DNA of 64,000 bases from Podarcis liolepis (Eukaryota): the NCBI GenBank assembly GCA_965112155.1, contig OZ218114.1. The stretch is one strand, 5' to 3'. The notes under the pieces are model-generated. The model worked only from the letters and a program-made list of their open reading frames with translations, made no database searches and was not told the DNA's origin. Of the stretch, positions 53,412 through 64,000 are shown piece after piece; positions within the stretch are counted from its first letter, which is position 1, and each line of letters begins with the position of its first letter. The translations under genes and the position numbers were made by a program.

Positions 53412-56049
53412 TCAGCTACTGAAAAAATCCTGTCCCACACTGCCAAGAAATTCAATGGTACACAATTGTTTAATTATAAATCTGAGAATTCGGACCATTC
53501 CACCCCCTCCTCCACACCCGCTAATGAAGTCCACAAATGTGACATATGCACAGTAGCAAGATGTAAAAGAATTTGGGGGGGGGGGAATTGAATATGCAAA
53601 CAGGTTAATGCACCTAAATACATTACTATTCTCCCCCCCCCCCCCGCCGCCCTTTGGGTGGACAGAGGGAGAGGCACAGTGAAAACTGTTAGTATAGCTT
53701 CCAACACTCATGGCTAGGAAACTCACTGCAAAAATATTTGACCTGCATCAATCAAGCCATACTGCAGTAGTACGGAACATTTCTTTTCCCCAGCCAATGC
53801 TACTAAAGCAAATAAGATGGGATGTGACTAGTCTCAGAGGCTGAGTGCATAATTTCTTTTTCCCCCCACCCACATCACCACTCCAAAAACCTCTCCTATA
53901 AGTGTGTGACCCACCTTAACTTCTTCACAGAAGTAAGGTAAAAGGGAAGAGAGAATCACAAAGCTAAATTGTTACAATAAGAGCTGTATTCTTAACAATA
54001 CAGAACAAACAAGCACCTTAATGGAATGAGATTCCTTGCTGGCATCTCTAGCATCACTCCTCCTCCTCCCCATCTTTCAAAAGGGCAATTTCTTCTCTAA
54101 GCTGCCAGCAATGAGGTTCTACCAGCATTGAGGTGCTAACCCCCAACATGTGGAATCTGATCTCCCTAAGTCTTCCATCACATCGTCCTCCCATTTTTGC
54201 TGCAGCTTGTTCTGACGGTCTGAGCCACCTCCTAGCAATGATTTTTCTCTTACTCAGTCACTGCAGGGAGAAGGGTGGAAAAGGGCCTTTTGACAGACCA
54301 CCAGATTAGAGCTGCCAGACATCTCTTTTATGTTGTGTACCACAGGTCATTTATTTTAATGAGCCAGTACCCCAACACTCATCTTGTTTAAAACAAACAA
54401 CACAGAGAAGCAGGCCAACTTGCCAACAAACAGTAATTCTCCTCCCATTTTTGTCAACAAGAAAGGAATAAAGAAATGTAAGGAGCATGCGGGGGGGGGG
54501 GAGAGATCTATGATATATTTCCTTTCAATCTGACTTCCTCTCTACTTCCAAGCCTTTATTGGGGTCACTATCACTACAACCTCCTCCACCCCATTTATTG
54601 TGAAGTCGCCAGAAGAAAACATCATTATGGAATGCAGGTGGTCAAGCAGTGGAGTGGCAGTAAATACGAAGAAAAGATAATGAAAGAAGAGAAGAGTGTG
54701 GTAGGAGACCAGAGTTGTGGGCTGTGAGACAAAGCTTACAGAAATATGGAACTGAAAAATGGACCGGAGGTTGCAAGAAGAGAGATTCAAGAATAAGAGG
54801 CTAGTAAAGAAATACTACAGATATAACAACAGAGCTGGGAGTAGAGGACTAAAGCTGAAGAAAAGCAGGATTCTGAATGTCAGAAGCAAAAGTAAGATGG
54901 GTGCAAAGGCTGGTCTAGACTAGAGCACGAAGGGCCTTCAAGCAAGGCAGCATGATGAGGTTTCAGAGTGACAAAGCAGATGCAAGAAGGGGAGATGATA
55001 GAGCTAGTAACAGAGGATGCAGAGAGATGCTGCGGTAGTAGGAGGTAGAGGGTACCAACAAATTATGCTTTAAAAGATGGCTTGAGAATGGGGAAAACCA
55101 GAGAGCAAAGGGTGTGATCAGACTCCTCCAGCTAGAGAAAGGAGATGAAGAGGTGTGTACAGAGGGGAGGGGAGAAATGCAGTAACGCAGGATTATGGGG
55201 CGGAGATGCTACGGCAGAACTGAGGAACTGAAGAACTGGAAAAGATCACATCCAGCTGGAGAGAGATGCTGAGAATTCAGATAATAGTAAAACAGCAATA
55301 TTAGGAGCCTCTCCCCTCCCTCCAATGGAAAATCTATATCCTTTAATGGAAAATGTAACAGATTCTCCATTAAAGGGAGGCTAGTTTCTCAGCCAAGGTG
55401 AGGGGGCACCGACCTCCTCTATAGATAAACAAGATTGGAAGTCAAAGGGCAACTATATACTCATTTGTACACCCTCTCTAACAGGAAAGAGGGGTAAGAA
55501 GGAAAAGAAGCCCTTTCGCTTCCTATTAGAAGACAAGAAAGTGTCATCTATAAGATGGGTGTGGAAGAGGAGAAACAAGGTGCAGCCCCACTAGAGAGGG
55601 TCACACGTGCCCCACTCCCATTATAAGGGAAAGTAGGATGAAAGAGCAAAAATAACCTTGATTCCACTGGAGACTGAGAAAGGGTAATATATCAAAAGGG
55701 GGGGTAAAGAGGGGAAACCAACCTACCCACCCACCTACTATGGGGGACCGAGAAAAGAATAAACAGGGTCATGCCGTTTGGCAGGAGGTGGGTGCGGGGT
55801 GTGGGTGCATGGAGAGATGTTCAGGAGAGATGCTGGATACGGGGAAAGAGGCAGAGGTAATCATAGTACAGGGGTGGCTAAAGGCCAGGAGGAAGAACAA
55901 CGTTTGTGTGTGGAGGGTGGATGAGCGGGAGCAAAGGAAAGCACGCCATACGCGTTTTTCTTGCCTAGTCACCTAAGGAAAGAAGGGGAGAAGAGAGGGG
56001 GGTATCCGACAGAGGAGAAGAATGGGCAGCGTGCATTTCAGAGAGACGT

Positions 56050-57380
56050 GCGAATGAAGGCTGGGGCGTGAACACAAACACGCGATGACGACGGTAAGGA
56101 TGCGAGTCGGAGAGGGAGAGAGACAGAAGGGAGGGAAGCCTTATTCATCCCTCCCTTTCTCCTTCTCTCCTCCCTTCCCCCCCCACCCCCGTCTCAATAT
56201 CAACGGGCGCGGCGGCCATTTTGAGAGCGAGCTGGAAAGAAGCGAGGAAGGAAGGAGGGAGGGAGGGAGAGGAGGAGGAGGCGGCGGCGGCGGCGGCAAC
56301 AGCAGCAACACGAGCAGCCCCAAGCCGGGGCCTACTGCCCGTTCACCCCGCGCCCAATATACATAAATAAATAAAGCCATAATAAAGCAAAGCGCCACAG
56401 TACAAGCCCGTGTCGCGCCTTATAGGTGTGACACCCTCCCTTCTCCCGCTGGAGCCAGAAGCCGGCCGGCCTTACCCGAGCCTCCGAGGCCGCTCCCACC
56501 AGTTCACCGGCGCCGGTTCCGCGCGCGAGGCGAACGCGTACAGTGAGGGGGGGGGGCTGCTGGTCGCTTCCTTGGGCCCGGGGGAGGCACAGAGCCGGCC
56601 TCGCCGAAGAAGGGCTCTCTCGGCCCCCTCCCCTTTTGCCGGCTTGTGGAGAAAGAAGATGGAGGAAGCTTGTGGGAGGAGGCTGGCTGAGGAGGGGCGG
56701 GCGGAGGGGTCGCAGCGGTGTTCCTTCTTCGGCGGTAATGGTCGTCGCGCTCGTCGTCGTCGTCTTCCTTCGTCGTCGTCGTCGGCAGCAGCAGCGGCGT
56801 CGACCGCCCTTTTCCCGCCCCGGTCTTGTCAGTGGCGCCCCGGCCGCCAGGAAGGAAGGAGGGAGGGAGCAGCAGCGGAGGAGGGAGCAGGCTCGGCCCG
56901 CTTTAAGAACTGCGCATGTGCGGAGAGGGGAGGGGATAGCAGCCCGGAGACCATCTTGCGGGGAGGCCGACGCGCGCCGACTCCCGGCGTGCAGCGCGGC
57001 CGAGGAGAAGGCGGCGGCGCGGGGTGGGCGGCGACGACGACGAGGGTAGCCGCCGCCGCCACAGCAGCAGCACCCGCCCGGACTCTGTTCCCGACCTGCA
57101 CCGCGGCCAGTTTACCTCAGCCCGCCTGGCTGCTTCTGCCTGTGTGGCGGTCGGTCGGTTTCTCCTCAACCCTCTCCCGTTTACAATCACCATTGTTACT
57201 CTCTTGTCACTCATCAACAATATGATTATGGTTATTATTGTTAAAATACTTCTATTGATCTTAATTTCAAACAATCGTCCTTGTGATCGTCGCGTTTTCT
57301 GACGAGCTCAAGGCAGCGGACGAACCGCAGCACCAACAACATTTTAAAATTCAAAAACGGCTCACAAGTCGCGCTGTCAA
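56050..57380. promoter_or_regulatory. PAFAH1B1: CpG island and promoter of PAFAH1B1
   Basis: Dense CpG; YY1 motif GCGGCCATTTTG (56212-56223), GC box GGGGCGG (~56694), NRF1-like TGCGCATGTGCG (56911-56922), weak TATA-like CTTAAA on the minus strand (56907-56902). Confidence 0.9.
56476..56880 (-). other. PAFAH1B1: PAFAH1B1 non-coding exon 1 (5' boundary approximate)
   Basis: Donor CGG|GTAAGG at 56476/56475 inside the CpG island; no ATG on the minus strand of this interval. Confidence 0.75.
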
Positions 57381-59182
57381 AACAATATATTAAAATTAAA
57401 GACCCCCTTTTAAAACAACAACAACAACCCACCCGCAGAAATCAGCAGTCCTTCACAGACAAGCAGCGGAGAAAAATGTCTTAGCCAATTATTTTATGAA
57501 CAATCATGTCTTTTGTGTTTCTTAAATGACTGGCGGTTCATTTTCATTATCTTTTAGCTTTTTTTTGTAAACCACCCATGAAATATACAGTGATGGGCAG
57601 CAATATAAATGTAATATTATTAATGACATTACTAACGTCCTCTTGCACGTTTTTCTTACAGAACAGGTGGAAATTCTCCTACACAGTCTAGTTCCACTAA
57701 AATTTGTTCTCAACACCTCTTACATTGTTATGTTGTTACAAGCTAAATCTCTATGTACAACCTCCTGAGTTCCATAGGTCTTATTCCCAAGTAAAAAAAT
57801 ACGGTGGCGGCCTTATTTATTTATTTTTACTTCAATGTGCCTTTTTCATAAAAGCATTCATAGCGCTACTCTCACACCCTCAAAAAAGGCTTTGGAATAA
57901 CAATAGTGTCAGTCTTAGTTGCGCTAACAGCACCACGTAGGTGGAAATATCAGCACAGGTGTTTTGTTCTCTAATACTGTAGCCTTTTTAATCCTTTTTA
58001 ACCTTTCAGCCATCGAAATGGCCCCAAACAATACAATTCAAAGAAGAAAATAAAATTTAAAAATCCCAAAATAGGTAAGAGTTGAAAGTTTGGCCAATTA
58101 ATAGTTTCATTCTGAACTTTCATTCCAAAGGTGTGACGGAGGTTGCAAAGTATAAGGCTACAGTTTGCTGTCTGAAAAGCTAGTACTGTAATCTAAAATT
58201 AAACTCACAAGGAAGTGGAGGCAGTGGTATACTGGGGAAATACTGTTGCTGTAAATTATCATTTACAAAGCACTTTAATTTTCCTAGGGACAGTACACAG
58301 ATTAACCTGTGCATAGGCTTACAGTCTAATAGACACCACATTGGAGGAAAAGGGAATGGGGAGGGAAGAGGAAAACAGGTACACAAATATTGCCATTTTT
58401 AAAGTTACATACAGGCAACTCAATTTATGCTGGGGTTACATTCCAAGGAGAGCATGTAAAGTCAAAATTGTGTATGGTCAAAACCAACCTGGCTACCCCA
58501 TGTCTGCTTGGAAGCAGGTCTCATGGACTCTAAACTGCATAGGAGGTAGGCTGGGCATGTGGGTCAATGCTGCTTATGGTTAACTAGAAGATTGGTGGTT
58601 GGCCTATCCAGGGACAGTTGTGGGCAGGACTAGAAGACCCTTGGGGTCCCTTTCAACTCTACAATTCTATGATTCAATTCTATGTCTTCATTTGCAGAAC
58701 TCTCCTCTGTTGGAGCCAAATTTGTTTTGAAGAGGAAGAACCATAAGAGAGAGAAGTGGAGGGACTTGTACTTCTCCATCAAGTTAGCACCTGGACAGCA
58801 GACCGAGCTGACACATTATTCTCTGTTGTCATGATTTTGGTGAGATGGATTATTATTATTATTTATTAAATTTATGTACTACCCTTCAGCTGAAGATCTG
58901 AGGGCGGTTTGCAACATAAAAGCACAAAATACATAACACAATAGCAAAAAAACGACGACACAACAACCAAGCATGACACATAATGTTGTGACTCAGAAAA
59001 GAAGTTTGCTTTGTTCATTATTCTTTTATTAACAGAAGTTTACTAATAGAAAAGAGAAACTTTTTTTTGTATAGTTTCTAGTTTAGTTTTTGGTGGAAGT
59101 TGAACTGCAGCAGAATGGAAGCAGAATTGAATGCAACAAATACATGGTGGGAATGAAAATAATACCTTCCTACATCCACTTT

Positions 59183-62100
59183 CCCCTTCATGGATCAATG
59201 CCTTGCTGTGGCGAAGGGGCTTGAATAACTCAGAGAAGCTATGAGCTATGCCGTGCAGGGCCACCCAAGATGGACAGGTCATAGTGGAGAGTTTTGACCA
59301 AACGTGATCCACCTGGAGGAGGAACCGGCAAGCCACTCCAGTATCCCTGCCAAGAAAACTCCAGGGACAAAGACAAAAGGCATATAAAAGTTATGACGCT
59401 GGAAGATGAGCCCCTCAGGTCGGAAGGCGTCCAACATGCTACTGAGGAAGAGCGGAGGACAAGTACAAGTAGATTCAGAGCTGATGAAGCAGCTGGGCCA
59501 AAGCCGAAAGGACACTCAGTTGTGGATATGCCTGGAAGCGAAAGGATGAGGAAGCGAAAATGAGATGGCAAGAATAAATATTGACATCCTGGGCATCAGT
59601 GAACTAAAATGGACGGGAATGGGCGAATTCAGTTCGGATGACAATCATATCTTCTACTGTGGGCAAGAATCCCGTAAAAGAAATGGAGTGGCCCTCATAG
59701 TCAACAAAAGAGTGGCAAAAGCTGTATTGGGATGCAATCTCAAAAATGATAGAATGATCTCGATACGAATCCAAGGCAGACCTTTTAACATCACAGTAAT
59801 CCAAGTTTATGTACCAACCACTGGTGCTGAAGAAACTGAAATTGACCAATTCTATGAAGACTTACAACACCTTATAGACGTGACACCAAAGAAGGATGTT
59901 CTTCTCATTATAGGGGATTGGAATGCTAAAGTAGGGAGTCAAGAGATAAAAGGAACAACTGGCAAGTTTGGCCTTGGAGTTCAAAACGAAGCAGGGCAAA
60001 GGCTAATAGAGTTCTGCCAAGAGAACAAGCTGGTCATCACAAACACTCTTTTCCAACAACACAAGAGACGACTCTACACATGGACATCACCAGATGGGCA
60101 GCATCGAAATCAGATTGATTATATTCTCTGCAGCCAAAGATGGAGAAGCTCTATATAGTCAACAAAAACAAGACCTGGAGCGGACTGTGGCTCAGATCAT
60201 CAGCTTCTTATAGCAAAATTCAAGCTTAAACTGAAGAAAGTAGGAAAAACCACTGGGCCGTAAGATACAATCTAAGTCAAATCCCTTATGAATACACAGT
60301 GGAAGTGAGGAACAGATTTAAGGATTTAGATTTGGTGGACAGAGTGCCTGAAGAACTATGGATGGAGGCTCGCAACATTATACAGGAGGCAGCAACGAAA
60401 ACCATCCTAATGAAAAGGAAATGCAAGAAAGCAAAGTGGCTGTCCAACGAGGCCTTACAAATAGCGGAGGAGAGAAGGCAAGCAAAATGCGAGGGAGATA
60501 GTGAAAGATACAGGAAATTGAATGCAGATTTCCAAAAAATAGCAAGGAGAGACAAGAAGGCCTTCTTAAACGAGCAATGCAAAGAAATAGAGGAAAACAA
60601 CAGAATGGGAAGAACCAGAGATCTGTTCAAGAAAATTGGAAATATGAAAAGGACATTTTGTACAAAGATTACCATAATAAAGGACAAAAGTGGTAAGGAC
60701 CTAACAGAAGCAGAAGACATCAAGAAGAGGTGGCAAGAATACACAGAGGAATTATACCAGAAAGATATGGATGGCTCGTACACCCCAGGTAGTGTGGTTG
60801 TTGACCTTGAGCCAGACATCCTGGAGAGTGAAGTCAAATGGGCCTTAGAAAGCACTGCAAATAACAAGGCCAGTGGAAGTGATGGTATTCCAGCTGAACT
60901 ACTTAAAATTTTAAAAGATGATGCTGTTAAGATGCTACACTCAATATGCCAGCAAGTTTGGAAAACTCAGCAGTGGCCAGAGGATTGGAGAAGGTCAGTC
61001 TACATCCCAATCCCAAAGAAGGGCAGTGCCAAAGAATGCTCCAACTACCGCACAATTGCACTCATTTCACACGCTAGCAAGGTTATGCTTAAAATTCTAC
61101 AAGGCAGGCTCAAGCAGTATGTGGACCGAGAACTCCCAGAAGTGCAAGCTGGATTTAGAAGAGGCAGAGGAACCAGAGACCAAATTGCAAACATGCACTG
61201 GATTATGGAGAAAGCTAGAGAGTTCCAGAAAGACATCTACTTTTGCTTCATTGACTATGCTAAAGCCTTTGACTGTGTCGACCACAGCAAACTACGGCAA
61301 GTTCTTAAAGAAATGAGAGTGCCTGATTACCTCATCTGTCTCTGAGAAATCTCTATGTGGGACAAGAAGCTACAGTTAGAACTGGATATGGAACAACTGA
61401 TTGGTTGAAAATTGGGAAAGGAGTACGGCAAGGCTGTATATTGTCTCCCTGCTTATTTAACTTATATGCAGAATTCATCTTGTGAAAGGCTGGGCTGGAT
61501 GAATCCCAAGCCAGAATAAAGATTGCCGGAAGAAATATCAACAACCTCAGATATGCAGATGACACAACCTTGATGGCAGAAAGTAAGGAGGAATTAAAGA
61601 ACCTTTTAATGAGGGGGAAAGAGGAGAGCGCAAAATATGGTCTGAAGCTCAGCATCAAAAAAACGAAGATCATGGCCACTGGGCCCATCACCTCCTGGCA
61701 AATAGAAGGGGAAGAAATGGAGGCAGTGAGAGATTATACTTTCTTGGGCTCCATGATCACTGCAGATGGTGACAGCAGTCACGAAATTAAAAGACACCTG
61801 CTCCTTGGGAGAAAGGCGATGGCAAATATAGACAGCATCTTAAAAAGCAGAGACATCACCTTGCCAACAAAGGTCTGTATAGTTAAAGCTATGGTTTTCC
61901 CAGTAGTGATGTATGGAAGTGAGAGCAGGACCATAAAGAAGGCTGATCGCCGAAGAATTGATGCTTTTGAATTATGGTGCTGGAGGAGACTCTTGAGAGT
62001 CCCATGGACTGCAAGAAGATCAAACGCATCCATTCTTAAGGAAATTAGCCCTGAGTGCTTACTGGAAGGACAGATTGTGAAGCTGAGGCTCCAGTACTTT

Positions 62101-62339
62101 GGCCACCTCATGAGAAGAGAAGATTCCCTGGAAAAGACCCTGATGTTGGGAAAGATGGAGGGCACAAGGAGAAGGGGATGACAGAGGACGAGAAGGATGG
62201 ACAGTGTTCTCAAAGCTACAAACACGAGTCTGACTAAACTGCGGGAGGCAGTGGAAGACAGAAGTGCCTGGCGTGCTCTGGTCCATGGGGTCACAAAGAG
62301 TCAGACACGACTAAACGACTAAACAACAACAACAACAAC
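59183..62339 (+). mobile_element. Near full-length degenerate RTE-BovB LINE (APE endonuclease plus RT)
   Basis: BovB 5' UTR, DILGISELKW...GDWNAKVG...NQIDYI endonuclease motifs, FIDYAKAFD, GVRQGC and LRYADD RT motifs, (CAA)n tail; 11-bp TSD ACATCCACTTT at 59172-59182 and 62340-62350; premature stops and frameshifts. Confidence 0.96.
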
Positions 62340-63969
62340 ACATCCACTTTAACACAGATTGGGATTAAGGTTTCCTCTCAAGCGTTCCTGGTACTTTTGT
62401 GATGCCGCAAAATAGCAGGTAGATACACCTCATCCTGTTTTGGAGGTATAATCTATCTGGCTTAGATGTAGGTGCATGGGTGAACTGGTCTGAACGAAAC
62501 TTGAATTGACTTTAATATATAATGCAGACATGTTATGTAAGGAGTTGTAAATGGTGCTTCACCCTCTACAACAGGGGCAGCTAACCTACAGCTCTCCAGA
62601 TATTGTTGGAATCCTACTCCCATCCGCTCCAGCTATAATGGTCAATGGTCAGAAATGATGAAAGTTGTGGAAAGTGCTCTTGTTAAACTTTAGTATCCTT
62701 CAAGCTTCCACTAGCAGTCCAGCATTGCCTAGGAATTCAAATAACACAATCCCTGTGAGATTTTTAGATGGAGAGAGTAATTTGTGAGCTTTAGTCATAT
62801 TTTAGTCTGCCATCTTGATTCAAAATGGCACTTGGCATTCAAACATCAACCAAGACTGCAGCCCCTACCTTGGGAACATTCGTGTCAGATTTGGCGGCAA
62901 TATCTCAAAAGAGGTGGCCAAACCTATAGAGCACAGATGGACAGACAGACAAACTGTTTCCAAAATATACAGTAGATTAGACAACAGGTAAGACCAGTGT
63001 TAAAACAGATGTTCATCCAGCCTGCTTGATTGCAATTGGCTAAACACCTGACTTCTGGAGACAAATGGCTTCTACTCAATTATGATGTAGTAATCTATTA
63101 ATGGCTCTTAAGTAACAAATCAGGTCTCCCTGCTGTCTTGAATGTGACAGAAGCATGCTAATAATGAAAAAGAACCAACATATGCAGTCTTGCCTAGAAA
63201 GGCCGTTAGTCTTTATGAGCTTTTTCAGTAGGGAAGACTAGTAAAAGGAATGAAAGACTGCAAACTATATTTTAAAGCTCACTTTGCATGATTGAAGACA
63301 AGATCAAATGGTGTATGAAATAGGAACAAAACTTTTAAAAAGTATTAAACCATGGCTCTGTTTAAAAAAAGCCTTTGAAGATTGGGCATGCAGATATGTG
63401 TGTATAGCATCAAAGAGGCTTCTCTGTGATCATCTATGGGAATTTTTTTCTTCAAATAAAATAAAAAGAATTTCAGAGAGAATTTCAGTGGGCTGAGGTC
63501 TCACAATATTATCTAAGCTTCGGTGAGGCACCAGAAATTTATATTACATGTTTATTTCTTAAGCATACAAATATACCATAGCATTCTAATAATTTAGCAA
63601 CTGTTGTTTGGTTGAAATGCTTAGGGCACATAGCATAGATCTGAATTTAGTCTCACCCACAGAATGGAACAATTGTTTACCCCATTAGCAATATCCAATC
63701 TGCCTTCATTATTACTTGAGTCTATTGTTAAATAAGATGTGCCCATTATATTAATTGGAGACTGTAGCAAAACACAGAGGAAAGAGAGGTTGAAACTGCA
63801 GCAAGTAGACTGTTGTTTATCTAAGTTCTACTCAGAGCAGATTCGGTGAAATTAATGGAGCTCAGCCAGTCTTGTCCACTCTAGGACAGGGGCACATCAT
63901 GCTTCCTTTCTCAATACCAACCTCAGCAGCTTTTATTAGGTATTACAGCATGTTCTAAATACCCCTGTC

Positions 63970-64000
63970 CAGTGTTTTTTTTTTCTGGGGGGACGCAGAA
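63970..64000. mobile_element. End of a hAT MITE related to 31912-32058, cut by the window edge
   Basis: CAGTGTTTTTTTTTTCTGGGGGGACGC resembles the reverse complement of that element's right end. Confidence 0.55.

Noticed and set aside
56410-57302. Long overlapping ORFs (up to 271 aa) in the promoter
   Set aside because: Stop-codon depletion in a GC-rich island; low-complexity Arg/Gly/Ala translation.

Overview
Vertebrate genomic DNA. The repeat content (BovB, L2, Penelope, tRNA-derived SINEs, hAT and Tigger MITEs) points to a squamate reptile, probably a lacertid lizard; this is inference. Most of the window is one minus-strand gene, PAFAH1B1 (LIS1). It has a CpG-island promoter and non-coding exon 1 at ~56.5-56.9 kb, a ~26 kb intron 1, and ten coding exons (32+85+75+207+169+103+229+102+157+74 = 1233 nt, 410 aa), all with GT-AG boundaries. 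The 3' UTR runs to and probably past the left edge. The most interesting items are: (1) a 1387-bp hAT element with perfect TIRs and TSD whose interior looks like a captured bidirectional CpG-island promoter with a first-exon-like unit on each strand, one oriented to splice into LIS1 exon 2; (2) a Penelope remnant in intron 2 carrying a complete minimal hammerhead ribozyme motif on the pre-mRNA strand; (3) a non-L1 LINE with twin-priming-like 5' inversion geometry; (4) an internally deleted L1 derivative nested in a hAT MITE; (5) a processed CDK7 fragment; (6) stacked uORFs in LIS1 exon 2; (7) a near full-length degenerate BovB upstream of the promoter. Comparisons to human LIS1, CDK7, miRNA and repeat consensus sequences are from memory, not database searches. 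There are two N gaps.
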